DNA from: Aulosira sp. ZfuVER01
GTDB taxonomy: Bacteria; Cyanobacteriota; Cyanobacteriia; Cyanobacteriales; Nostocaceae
Direction: 5' to 3'
Assembly (NCBI GenBank): GCA_034530615.2
Contig: JAVRCV020000065.1
Location: 64,001 to 128,000, forward strand
Length of the DNA stretch: 64,000 nucleotides
The stretch's first letter is position 1. Each line of letters starts with the position of its first letter. Positions 29,301-39,122 of this stretch are shown one piece after another. A program made the translations under genes and the position numbers. Under the pieces are notes generated by a model. The model had not been told where the DNA came from. It ran no database searches and worked only from the letters and a program-made list of their open reading frames with translations.

Positions 29301-29373
29301 ACTTGTTTACAAATATTGACCTAAAAACTAGAACAAATGGAAAAATCAGAAGGATCTGATTAGGGATTGAGAT

Positions 29374-29697
29374 TCAAAGATATTTTTCCAATGTGTTAGC
29401 TAATGTAGTTTTAGGCACGGCACCGACGACCATATCAACCTTTTGCCCACCTTTAAAAATCATTAATGTGGGAATACTGCGGATGCCGTACTGACTGGCA
29501 ACATTAGGATTCTCATCAGTGTTGACTTTAACAACTTTTAGCTGACCTTCGTACTGAGAAGCAATTTCATCCACAACTGGAGCTACCATGCGGCAAGGAC
29601 CACACCAAGGTGCCCAAAAGTCAACTAAAACAGGTACTTCACTGTCGAGTACTTCTTGCTTAAACGTAGAATCCGTAACTTGTGCGGCTGCTGACAT
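29374..29697 (-). CDS. trxA: Thioredoxin (m-type)
   Basis: [16 protein letters not shown]; guaB-Yfr1-trxA synteny. Confidence 0.95.
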   Translation of the reverse strand: MSAAAQVTDSTFKQEVLDSEVPVLVDFWAPWCGPCRMVAPVVDEIASQYEGQLKVVKVNTDENPNVASQYGIRSIPTLMIFKGGQKVDMVVGAVPKTTLANTLEKYL

Positions 29698-29820
29698 GCC
29701 TAAAAACCTTTGCCAATTATATTTCTGAGTTTCGTGAAAATTCTACCATAGCAAAAACAGCTGCTTAGGAGTGAAGGATGTACATTTGCAAAGAACTCTA
29801 GAATTTATTTATATAAACAT

Positions 29821-29889
29821 AAGGAACCGCCCGAACATAGTCCGGGCGGAGTGTGGTGTGAGGAGTGAACGGAAACATGCGTCTCCGCT
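29821..29889 (-). ncRNA. yfr1: Yfr1 small RNA
   Basis: Invariant ACUCCUCACAC motif between two hairpins, located between guaB and trxA; TACAAT -10 at 29896-29901. Confidence 0.92.
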
Positions 29890-29994
29890 ATCTCTATTGT
29901 AGGCGACATATGTAATTTTTCCAGTAATTGTTTAAGAGCCTGGAAAAATTTCCTGAAGGATGGAAGTTGCTATTTCCTAAGGATTAGGTATTTG

Positions 29995-30200
29995 CTATTT
30001 GGGCATAGGACATGGGGCAAACAAGGAGTGTGGGAGATGTGGGAGGATGGGGAAGATGAGGAGAAGCTCAGAATATATGTGGTTCGTTTCTCTCCTGTCT
30101 CCCCTGTCTCCCCACACTTCCTCATCTTCCTCTGCTTCCCCCTGCTCCCTGCTCCCCTGCGTTTTCTCCCTTGTCTTCCTTGTCTTCCTTGTCCCCCTTC
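29995..30200. repeat. STRR / purine-pyrimidine tandem repeat cluster
   Basis: GGGCATA/GGGCATG heptamers, then GGGAGATG(T/A) and CCCCTGCT/CCTTGTCTT 8-9-mers in inverted arrangement. Confidence 0.7.
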
Positions 30201-30202
30201 CT

Positions 30203-31366
30203 TTATTTACCCATGCCTAATTGTTGAGCTTTCTGGTAGACTTTGCCTTCAGTTAGTAGAGAAGGAGCAATCACAACTTCAACTTGCTGCATCTCCTTGA
30301 TATTTTTGGCTCCTAAGGTGCCCATACTCGTCTTTAAGGCTCCTAAAAGATTATGGGTGCCATCATCTAGTCCTGCTGGGCCAATGAGTATTTGCTCTAG
30401 GCTCCCAGTGGTGGCAACGCGAATGCGGGTGCCACGAGGTAATACAGGGCTAGGAGTTGCCATGCCCCAATGATAACCACGTCCGGGAGCTTCAGCGGCT
30501 CTGGCAAAAGGAGAACCAATCATCACACCATCAGCACCGCAAGCAATGCACTTACAAATGTCACCACCAGTGATTAAACCACCATCAGCAATCACAGGAA
30601 TGTAGTTACCAGTTTCTCGATAGTAATCATCCCGTGCGGCGGCGCAATCTGCGATCGCAGTTGCTTGGGGTACGCCTACGCCCAACACACCACGGGAGGT
30701 ACAAGCAGCACCAGGGCCAATTCCTACCAATACCCCAGCAGCCCCAGCTTTTAACAGATTCAAAGTTACTTCGTAGGTTACGCAATTCCCCAAGATTACG
30801 GGAATCGGCATAGAACGGCAGAATTCTGCCAAATCTAATGGCACAACAGATTCAGGTGAGAGATGTGCAGTAGACACTACCGTAGCTTGTACAAAAAATA
30901 AATCCGCCCCAGCCTTAGCTACTACTTCGCCATATTTACTTGCGCCGGCTGGCGTAGCACTTACTGCTGCTATCCCACCTTGTTGCTTAATTTCCTGAAT
31001 ACGTTTTTCAATTAATTCTGGCTTTATTGGTTCGGCATAGAGTTCTTGCATCAGGGACACAAATTCATCTTTGCCTACAGCGGCGATCCGATCTAAAATC
31101 GGTTCTGGGTCGGCATAGCGAGTTTGGATTCCTTCTAAATTGAGGACTCCTAAGGCTCCTAACTGTGATAAACGTACAGCCATACGCACATCTACTACGC
31201 CATCCATCGCACTGGCAATGATTGGGATTTCTCGCTCAATATTGCCAATCCGCCACCTGGTATCTGCCAAACTCGGATCGAGTGTTCTGTTACCAGGTAC
31301 TAAAGCAATCTCATCAATTCCGTAAGCTCTCCGAGCCGTTTTTCCCCGCCCAAGTTGAATATCCAC
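30203..31366 (-). CDS. guaB: GuaB3-family IMP dehydrogenase-related protein
   Basis: [33 protein letters not shown]; no CBS domains. Confidence 0.9.
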   Translation of the reverse strand: MDIQLGRGKTARRAYGIDEIALVPGNRTLDPSLADTRWRIGNIEREIPIIASAMDGVVDVRMAVRLSQLGALGVLNLEGIQTRYADPEPILDRIAAVGKDEFVSLMQELYAEPIKPELIEKRIQEIKQQGGIAAVSATPAGASKYGEVVAKAGADLFFVQATVVSTAHLSPESVVPLDLAEFCRSMPIPVILGNCVTYEVTLNLLKAGAAGVLVGIGPGAACTSRGVLGVGVPQATAIADCAAARDDYYRETGNYIPVIADGGLITGGDICKCIACGADGVMIGSPFARAAEAPGRGYHWGMATPSPVLPRGTRIRVATTGSLEQILIGPAGLDDGTHNLLGALKTSMGTLGAKNIKEMQQVEVVIAPSLLTEGKVYQKAQQLGMGK

Positions 31367-31540
31367 GCTTAAACTTTTCTCAATTCTGTTTAAGCTAGGG
31401 TATCAAATTGTGGGTGAACTTGGTGCAATTTTTTCACAAGTAACTGTCAGAAAGTAGCTCTTAAGAGAGCCAAAAAAATTGCTACAGCAGTTACCATGTT
31501 GAAACTGACTGTTGTAAGTAACCATGCAAAATTAATTACA

Positions 31541-31616
31541 GTCATTTCGAGCGTTAGCTGAAAGCGTTCCCGTTCGGCGAAGCCGTTCTCGAAGAGTAGG
31601 GTAGCGAAGCAATTCC
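31541..31616. repeat. Composite small dispersed repeat
   Basis: GTCATTTCGAGCG...TAGCGAAGCAATTCC interrupted by GCGTTCCCGTTCGGCGAAGCCGTTCTCGAAGAGTAGGG mini-hairpins. Confidence 0.55.
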
Positions 31617-31619
31617 AGG

Positions 31620-31766
31620 TGTCATTTAATGTGGGGAGACTTAAGCGGTTATGTCTGGGGAAAAACTCACCAGGAAATCACAGATCCAGTCGTAAATGAG
31701 CGAGAAAAACAGACATATTACGGTGCTGTTGACTATCTAAAACGACAATTACTGCGGAAACCTTAG
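31620..31766 (+). mobile_element. IS630-family transposase fragment
   Basis: Manual translation CHLMWGDLSGYVWGKTHQEITDPVVNEREKQTYYGAVDYLKRQLLRKP* matches the segment after the first catalytic Asp (DECHL.WGD) of cyanobacterial IS630 transposases; no start, no IRs seen. Confidence 0.65.
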
Positions 31767-31832
31767 GTATAACTACAAGCTTTTCAGTATCTTCTTTGCT
31801 GATATCCAGAATTTTTCAACATAAAATCTAAA

Positions 31833-32888
31833 TTACTGTTGAGTTGCCAAATTCTCCTCATTCTCTAACAAATTATTAGTAGTATTCAGCACAATTTGGG
31901 CTGAACCTATGAAAAAATCGCGGTCAATTGTAGTTGGGATATCGCTAGGTTGGTGGTAGTGAGGAGTCCGCAGATTAGCAGTATCAGTTACTAAGACAGC
32001 ACCCACTCCTTGATACCAAAATGGTGCATGATCGCTACGTAAGGTATCTGGTGTCAATAAGCCTTTGAGAGGAATTGGCAGTGTAAGGACTGATGGTAAA
32101 TTTGAATCCTCTTTATTCCGGGCTGTTGGCGGCATTGTCTGGGAGTTTTGAAAGGCATTCAGCAAAGGTAAATGTTCCGTATCGCCAATTGCTACTAAGA
32201 AGTCACCCTGATCGCTGGGTGGGGTAACAGGTAAACCTGCTGGATACTCCTGACAGCCGGAAGTGTAGCAAGCATAACCTACCATATCCATAACGATCGC
32301 ACCACGCAAGTTTTTTAACCTTTCTGGTTTATTGACAAAAGCTTTACTACCTAAAAGTCCGGCTTCTTCTTGGTCAAAAAAAGCTAGCTGCAATGTGCGT
32401 GCTGTGGGACGCGAACCCAGAATTCTCGCAACTTCTAACATCACAGCTACACCACTGGCGTTATCATCGGCACCTGGAGAGTCAGCAACGGTGTCATAAT
32501 GGGCTGCAACTAGAATTGCGCCAGCTTTTTTGTGAGTTCCCTGGCGTTCGGCAAAGATGTTGACACCCTTAGAGAACTTTTCTAACTTAGGTGTCCAGCC
32601 TAATTTTCGCAGTTCAGTTGTAATATAAGTGCGAGTACGCGATCGCTCGGCGTTGGTATAACGCTGAAAATTCAACTTTTGAATATGGCTAAATAGCTTG
32701 TCAGCCGACACCTGCAAATCCCTAGATACTCGCATAGATTCCTGTGATGGAGTATCTTCATGGGGAAGGCTTTCAACAATTACTGGCGCAGGATGCTGCT
32801 CAAATAACCTATTGTTGGCAGTACCTCTACTACCCACAATTACAACCACTACTAGGAACAACAGCGCCAGCCAAATCCATTTTTTCAT
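31833..32888 (-). CDS. M28 family metallopeptidase, exported
   Basis: N-terminal hydrophobic segment, AHYDT, GADDNASG, EEAGLLGS, SDHAPF, YHQPSD. Confidence 0.9.
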   Translation of the reverse strand: MKKWIWLALLFLVVVVIVGSRGTANNRLFEQHPAPVIVESLPHEDTPSQESMRVSRDLQVSADKLFSHIQKLNFQRYTNAERSRTRTYITTELRKLGWTPKLEKFSKGVNIFAERQGTHKKAGAILVAAHYDTVADSPGADDNASGVAVMLEVARILGSRPTARTLQLAFFDQEEAGLLGSKAFVNKPERLKNLRGAIVMDMVGYACYTSGCQEYPAGLPVTPPSDQGDFLVAIGDTEHLPLLNAFQNSQTMPPTARNKEDSNLPSVLTLPIPLKGLLTPDTLRSDHAPFWYQGVGAVLVTDTANLRTPHYHQPSDIPTTIDRDFFIGSAQIVLNTTNNLLENEENLATQQ

Positions 32889-33087
32889 GCGATCGATCCC
32901 TGCTTCTCAGACTTAAGGTAGCGCAAACAGCAAGTTTGACAGCTCGTCTTTTGACAGAGTAAACAATTTCACCTAAAGTTCCCCAGTATAACAGTGCTGA
33001 GTACCGAGTGCTGAGAAAGCAGAGAAAATAATTTCTTCATCCTTCCACCCAAAACTCAGAACCGAAGACTCAGGAATTTATGGATTT

Positions 33088-34314
33088 ATGCTAGATTTAT
33101 CACTCATCACAATCCTGGGTTTTTTGGGGAGTTTTGGACATTGTTTTGGGATGTGTGGCCCTTTAACAATGGCATTTTCCTTATCGCATCAGCAGGAAAC
33201 TCCTGATTGGCGACAGCAATTGAAATTTCACATCTTGCTGAATCTAGGACGGATGTTGAGTTATACCCTAGTCGGTGCGGGGATTGGCGCGCTGGGTTCA
33301 GTATTAATAGAAGGTGGACAACTAGCAGGTATTGGCAGTGAATTACGTCGCTGGATTGCAATTATTACTGGCTTGATGCTGATCTGGTTTGGGTTGGGAC
33401 AACTTAAACCCGATCTGCTACCTCAGATTCCAGTTTTACACCCGCTATTACAAGGAAAATTACATAATCGTCTGAGTGCGGGAATGGTCAACCTTTCTTT
33501 GCAAACTAGATGGTGGACGCCAGCACTTTTGGGGATGACTTGGGGATTAATGCCTTGTGGCTTTTTGTATGCTGCCCAAATTAAAGCTGCTGAAACTGGT
33601 AATTTATGGATGGGTGCGGCAACTATGCTGGCTTTTAGCTTGGGAACCCTGCCGATGATGTTAGGTGCAGGCATTTCTGCTTCGTTGGTAAGTCAAGATA
33701 AGCGCAGTCAGTTGTTTCGTTTAGGCGGTTGGGTAACTCTTACCATTGGCACAATTACTTTGCTGCGAACTGGCGACACAATGGTCGATTACACCGGACA
33801 CGCCGCCTTAATTTGCTTGATTTTAGCGCTGATAGCTCGTCCGATTAGTGGCATCTGGGCTTCACCTTTGCGTTACCGCCGTGCTTTGGGAGTGGGAGCT
33901 TTTGTACTTTCTGTAGCTCACACTGTCCACATGATAGAACATTCACTGCAATGGAATTTTGTTGCCTTCTGGTTTTTACCACCAGACTTCCAGTGGGGCA
34001 TGGCTGCGGGTGTTGTAGCATTGGTATTAATGACTCCCGCTGCGTCCACAAGTTTTGACTTTTGGCAAAAATATTTAGGTAAGCGTTGGCGACAGATTCA
34101 TCTATTGAGTGTGCCAGCTTTACTGTTGAGTGTGATTCATGCGGTTTTGATTGGTTCCCATTACCTGGGTTCTTTACAATCAAATGGGGGGAATAAATTA
34201 GCAGCAGCGCTACTGGGTTTTTTTACCCTCTGTGTGTTGCTGGTGCGTTCGCGGTGTTTTTGGACAAGGTTATCGATAGCAAAATTTTATGTTCCCCCAA
34301 GTAAGTCACGCTAA
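33088..34314 (+). CDS. DsbD_2/TauE-SafE-like membrane protein fused to a ferric-reductase-like TM domain
   Basis: GHCFGMCGP and LMPCG motifs; C-terminal RRALG..H...H and WRQIHLL..H heme-type histidines. Confidence 0.75.
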   Translation: MLDLSLITILGFLGSFGHCFGMCGPLTMAFSLSHQQETPDWRQQLKFHILLNLGRMLSYTLVGAGIGALGSVLIEGGQLAGIGSELRRWIAIITGLMLIWFGLGQLKPDLLPQIPVLHPLLQGKLHNRLSAGMVNLSLQTRWWTPALLGMTWGLMPCGFLYAAQIKAAETGNLWMGAATMLAFSLGTLPMMLGAGISASLVSQDKRSQLFRLGGWVTLTIGTITLLRTGDTMVDYTGHAALICLILALIARPISGIWASPLRYRRALGVGAFVLSVAHTVHMIEHSLQWNFVAFWFLPPDFQWGMAAGVVALVLMTPAASTSFDFWQKYLGKRWRQIHLLSVPALLLSVIHAVLIGSHYLGSLQSNGGNKLAAALLGFFTLCVLLVRSRCFWTRLSIAKFYVPPSKSR

Positions 34315-34897
34315 ATTTTCTCTTCCTTTAGTTTTTTTATTATTCATCTCGGTCAATGAGCTTCATGCCGCCTCTGCCCATACAGTGAAAGTATCCGCAG
34401 ATGTTGGTGGTACTCTCCATATTGAACCGAATGATAATCCCCAAGCTGGGAACCCTACACAAGCTTGGTTTGCTCTAACCCGTAAAGGTGGAAAAGCGAT
34501 CGCCCTTAAAGAGTGTAATTGCCAGTTAGCTGTTTATGCCGAACCCCATACAGCAAAAGAACCGCCACTGTTAGAACCTCCTTTAAAACCTGTGTCAACT
34601 GAACGCTATCAAGCTACACCAGGTGCAGAAATCACATTTCCCAAATCAGGGAATTATTTACTAGCACTAAGTGGTAAACCAACGGCAGGGGCAAGTTTTA
34701 AACCTTTTGAGTTAAAGTTTGACGTGACTGTAGCATCAAGTTCGGCAAGCTTATCACAAGAATCGCAGAATGTCAATGTGAATACTGATGTAGTAGAGAC
34801 TCAATCTCAATCATTCTCATTGTGGGCGATCGCCGCCGTCGTATTTGCAACCGCAGGTGTTGTGTTAGCTGTTGTGCAGAAGCGGCGGAGATCTTGA
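34289..34897 (+). CDS. Exported hypothetical protein with C-terminal membrane anchor
   Basis: Signal-like N-terminus ending ASA-H, GGTLHIEPND, C-terminal TM followed by KRRRS; overlaps upstream gene. Confidence 0.7.
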   Translation: MFPQVSHAKFSLPLVFLLFISVNELHAASAHTVKVSADVGGTLHIEPNDNPQAGNPTQAWFALTRKGGKAIALKECNCQLAVYAEPHTAKEPPLLEPPLKPVSTERYQATPGAEITFPKSGNYLLALSGKPTAGASFKPFELKFDVTVASSSASLSQESQNVNVNTDVVETQSQSFSLWAIAAVVFATAGVVLAVVQKRRRS

Positions 34898-34988
34898 GCA
34901 GAGGAAGCAGGGGAGCAGAGGAGCAGAGGAGAAATAATTAATGACTATTGCTTTCTTGCCCAATGCTCAATGCCCCATGCTCAATTAA

Positions 34989-35987
34989 TTACTTATGCCG
35001 CTGTTGATGCCACTGCCATGCGTGTAGAACGATATCTTTGATGGCTGGGTATTGGGGTTGCCAGCCTAAGATTTTTCTGGCTTTATCGCTACTGCCGATT
35101 AAAGATGGGGGATCTCCGGGACGGCGATCGCATTCTTGCACGGGGATCGTTAATCCTGTCACCTCCTCCGACGCTGCAATTACTTCTTTAACAGAGAAAC
35201 CTAGACCATTGCCTAAATTGAAAACTTCGCTGTCGCCACCTTGCAATAAATATTCCAATCCTAAAATATGGGCGTCTGCTAAGTCGCTAACGTGAATGTA
35301 ATCTCTAATGCAGGTGCCATCGGGCGTAGGATAATCAGTACCAAAAATTGAAATAGATTCGCGTTTGCCTAAAGCTGTTAGTAGTATCAAGGGAATCAAA
35401 TGGGTTTCTGGGTTATGATCCTCACCTAGCAGTCCGTTGGGATCTGCACCTGCCGCATTGAAGTAGCGAAAACGTACTGATTTTAAACCATAGGCAACGT
35501 CAAAATCAGAGAGAATGCGCTCGACCATTAATTTAGTAGCGCCATAGGGATTAATCGGATTTTGAGGATGATTTTCGGGAATCGGGACAACTTCCGGCAC
35601 TCCATAAGTTGCACAAGTAGAAGAAAAGACAAATTTCTTAATAGATGCTGCCAACATTGCTTCCAACAGCACCAGAGTACCCAGAACGTTGTTGCGGTAG
35701 TACTTGGCAGGGTCTGTAACTGATTCTCCTACGTAGGCGTAGGCAGAAAAGTGCATGACCGCTTCAATATTGCGAGTTTGAAATAGTTGATCTAATAGAG
35801 CGCGATCGGATGTGTCACCCGCTACAAGCTCTACTTGCAGAACTTTCTCTACTAAGTCGCGATGCCCATACACCAGGTTATCAAGTATGACTACTTCATA
35901 GCCTGCTCGCTTAAGGGCAAGCACCGTATGGGAACCAATATATCCTGCTCCCCCCGTCACCAAAATTGTGGGCTTTCTAGGCGACAT
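34989..35987 (-). CDS. galE: UDP-glucose 4-epimerase
   Basis: TGGAGYIGSH, FSSTCATYG, YGATK, RYFNAAGAD, DGTCIRDYIHV. Confidence 0.93.
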   Translation of the reverse strand: MSPRKPTILVTGGAGYIGSHTVLALKRAGYEVVILDNLVYGHRDLVEKVLQVELVAGDTSDRALLDQLFQTRNIEAVMHFSAYAYVGESVTDPAKYYRNNVLGTLVLLEAMLAASIKKFVFSSTCATYGVPEVVPIPENHPQNPINPYGATKLMVERILSDFDVAYGLKSVRFRYFNAAGADPNGLLGEDHNPETHLIPLILLTALGKRESISIFGTDYPTPDGTCIRDYIHVSDLADAHILGLEYLLQGGDSEVFNLGNGLGFSVKEVIAASEEVTGLTIPVQECDRRPGDPPSLIGSSDKARKILGWQPQYPAIKDIVLHAWQWHQQRHK

Positions 35988-36228
35988 AGTTTTTCCTTTT
36001 GAGTTATAACTACTTAACTAATTTAAATTACTGGTGTCTCATTACTCATTTGCAAAATTCTAAATAATACACCCAGTGTCAAAAAATTGCACTAAAATCA
36101 CTACGACGGTAGTCTTTGGTTGTGAGGTTTGAGGTATTTTAAGTCAGGTAACAGTGCGATTACAATTTGACGAGAAAATAAATCCGCTGCCGGAAACCTT
36201 GAGGCTGACCCTTAAGGGTACGCCATTT

Positions 36229-36365
36229 GACGGCAGTTGCAACAATGGGAACTGCTCGCGGCAATGTGTTGGCTGGGAAAACCCGACAGACATTCGCTAC
36301 CTTGCGGGTACTTCTGCAAAGAACTCGTTCGGTACAGTAGTTCTACCCTCCGCAACAGACTGCCT
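36229..36365. repeat. Nested small dispersed repeat
   Basis: GACGGCAGTTGCAACAATGGG...CCCTCCGCAACAGACTGCCT outer arms resemble 54034-54147, with additional hairpins inside. Confidence 0.6.
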
Positions 36366-36414
36366 TAGCAAGGCAATGGTTCACCGCATCGGAAAATTTG
36401 AGAGTTAATTTATT

Positions 36415-37092
36415 ATGTTTCTACTTTTAAGCAGGGTACTCCTGTGGCTATTAATTGGCACTGTTGTATATTCTTTGTTCCAAAGATTCTATCCAACAGG
36501 TAATTTTGTCGGGCGATTAGTCATAGTTATTATGTTGATCGTCATAGCGCTGGCGTTCATTAACCCCAACGAACCAGCGGTGGCTTCTTTGTGGAGATTG
36601 ATATCATTCCCGCTTAAACCTTTGGGAGCATCGGTTTTGATGTTAATTTTTGCTTCCCAGAGAATCAAGGGAGGTGGAATAGATAAACCAGGAGGATACT
36701 TACTAGGTTGGGCGCTGACAATTTTACTGTTAGCAAGTACACCAGCTATTGCCTACTTTCTAGTTAGGGCACCAATAGCAACTGTAGGTAATCCTCAGTT
36801 GGCTACTGTGAGGCAAACTTTAGTGGCTTCGGTTCCAGATACAACAGCAAATATCTCTGATGTCATGGGGAATGGCATCTTACCTCAAAGTGAGATGGTG
36901 CAGTCAACCATCGCTTTGAATCCATTAGATATTAAAGTTCCACCTTACCTATTGCAGAATCCTCAGGACATCAGAACACGCGGGTTACGAATTGAAGATT
37001 TTGTACCTAGTGCAGAAACCCTGCAAGTAACAACCCAAGCCTGGGAAAGTTATCTTAACCAAATTTACTTTTTCTTGCGTGGTCGCAGATAA
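36415..37092 (+). CDS. Hypothetical membrane protein
   Basis: About four N-terminal TM segments and a soluble C-terminal half. Confidence 0.75.
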   Translation: MFLLLSRVLLWLLIGTVVYSLFQRFYPTGNFVGRLVIVIMLIVIALAFINPNEPAVASLWRLISFPLKPLGASVLMLIFASQRIKGGGIDKPGGYLLGWALTILLLASTPAIAYFLVRAPIATVGNPQLATVRQTLVASVPDTTANISDVMGNGILPQSEMVQSTIALNPLDIKVPPYLLQNPQDIRTRGLRIEDFVPSAETLQVTTQAWESYLNQIYFFLRGRR

Positions 37093-37283
37093 AGCTCGAA
37101 CCCTAGTAATAACAAGGCCAAAGCACTATGTCCTGGTGGCTGGCCTTTTTAATACTCTTATTTCTGCCAGAATAAAAGGATGTTCAGTAGATTTGCTGGC
37201 AAGAGTCATTGGTTATTTCTCCCTTGTCTCCTTTGTCTTCCTTGTCCCCTATCCTTTTCTCCTGCTCTCTGACTTTTTTCTGA

Positions 37284-39035
37284 ATGGAACAATCTCGAAG
37301 ACTGGCTAAACTTGGTGCTTACCTGCGTCCCCATTGGCGGGAGGCACTGTTGGGTATTTTGGCTTTGTTCACTGTCAATGGATTAGGCGTTTATATTCCT
37401 TGGTTAATCCGCGCTTGTGTTGACAGACTCTCAACAACTTTTAGCTGGTATGAAGTTTTAAATTATGTAGTCGTCATCGTCTTACTCAGTTCCGCAATGT
37501 TGTTAATCCGCATGGCTTCACGCATCTGGCTGTTTGGCGTGGGACGTGAGGTGGAATTTGACTTAAAACAGCGGATTTTTGAACACCTACTCAAGCTAGA
37601 GCCTTCTTACTTTGCCACTAATACTATTGGCGATTTAATTAGTAGGGCTACTAGTGATGTAGAGAATATTAAGCGCTTGTTGGGTTTTGCAGTCCTGAGT
37701 TTAGCAAATACAGTGTTTGCCTATGCTCTGACACTGCCAGTGATGTTGACAATTAGTGTCGATCTGACATTAGCTTCCCTGGCAGTATATCCCTTGATGT
37801 TCTTTTTGGTACATCTTTTTAGCGATCGCCTCCGCAAACAACAAACGGTTGTACAAGAACAACTCTCTGACATTAGCGAACTCATCCAAGAAGATATTAG
37901 TGGCATGGCCCTAATTAAAATCTACGCCCAAGAAGAAAATGAGCGTAGAGCTTTTGCCCAGAAAAATCAAGAGCTATTGACTGCTAATTTAGAACTAGCG
38001 AAAAGCCGCAATACACTGTTTCCGCTGATTGGTGGTTTAGCTAATATCAGTTCGCTAGTAATTATCTGGCTCGGTGCAACCCGGATCTCGGCTGGGACTC
38101 TTGCTGTTGGAGATTTCCTAGCACTACTAATTTATGTAGAACGTCTAGTATTTCCCACTGCTTTGTTAGGATTTACCATCACCGCCTACCAAAGAGGTGA
38201 GGTAAGTATCGATCGCTTAGAGTCGATTCTCTCAGTGACACCGAAGATTCAGGACACAACCGATGTCATCCATTTACCCAAAAGTGAAGTTCGAGGAAAA
38301 CTGACAGCTAAAAATTTCAGTTACACCTACCCAAGCGCTACTACTCCAGCTTTAGATAATGTCAACTTTACGATTAATCCTGGGGAAACGGTGGCAATTG
38401 TTGGGGCTATCGGTTCTGGGAAATCTACTTTAGCCAATGCTTTACCACGCTTATTGGAGATTGAATCAGGGCAGTTATTTTTGGATGGATTGGACATTAC
38501 AAAGATTGCATTAGCCGATTTACGAGGTGCGATCGCCTATGTTCCCCAAGATAGCTTTCTGTTCAGCACCACCATCAAAAATAATATCCGCTACGGCGAC
38601 CCAGTTAGGGAACAGCAAAATATAGAGATGGTAGCCCAACAGGCGCAAATTCACTCAGAAATTAGCAATTTTTCGCAGCAGTACGAAACTATAGTTGGTG
38701 AACGCGGAATTACGCTTTCTGGTGGACAGCGACAACGTACTGCTTTGGCTAGGGCAATGCTAGTTGATGCTCCAGTTTTAATATTGGATGATGCCCTTTC
38801 CAGCGTGGATAATCAAACAGCTACACAAATCCTGAACAACCTTTCTAGTGGTACTGATAGAAAAACAGTTGTTTTTATTACTCATCAACTGTCTGCTGCT
38901 GCCGCTGCCGATCGCATTTTTGTCATGGAGCAAGGCAAAATTGTCCAGATGGGTAAGCATTTAGAACTTGTCCAGCAACCAGGTTTGTACAGAAAGTTGT
39001 GGAGTCAGCATCAGATAGAAGAATTATTGCATTAG
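37284..39035 (+). CDS. ABC exporter, fused permease/ATP-binding (MsbA/MdlA-like)
   Basis: Six-TM domain, GAIGSGKST, LSGGQRQR, LILDDALSSVD. Confidence 0.93.
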   Translation: MEQSRRLAKLGAYLRPHWREALLGILALFTVNGLGVYIPWLIRACVDRLSTTFSWYEVLNYVVVIVLLSSAMLLIRMASRIWLFGVGREVEFDLKQRIFEHLLKLEPSYFATNTIGDLISRATSDVENIKRLLGFAVLSLANTVFAYALTLPVMLTISVDLTLASLAVYPLMFFLVHLFSDRLRKQQTVVQEQLSDISELIQEDISGMALIKIYAQEENERRAFAQKNQELLTANLELAKSRNTLFPLIGGLANISSLVIIWLGATRISAGTLAVGDFLALLIYVERLVFPTALLGFTITAYQRGEVSIDRLESILSVTPKIQDTTDVIHLPKSEVRGKLTAKNFSYTYPSATTPALDNVNFTINPGETVAIVGAIGSGKSTLANALPRLLEIESGQLFLDGLDITKIALADLRGAIAYVPQDSFLFSTTIKNNIRYGDPVREQQNIEMVAQQAQIHSEISNFSQQYETIVGERGITLSGGQRQRTALARAMLVDAPVLILDDALSSVDNQTATQILNNLSSGTDRKTVVFITHQLSAAAAADRIFVMEQGKIVQMGKHLELVQQPGLYRKLWSQHQIEELLH

Positions 39036-39122
39036 GGGTTTGCGTACTAGCGACAATTTCCTATAATGCGCGTATAATTTGTCAAGTCATTGGCTTGATA
39101 AATTATACAAAGTAAATACACT

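Noticed and set aside
29992..30300. ORFs with PCLPCLP-type content
   Set aside because: Products of tandem-repeat DNA, not plausible genes.
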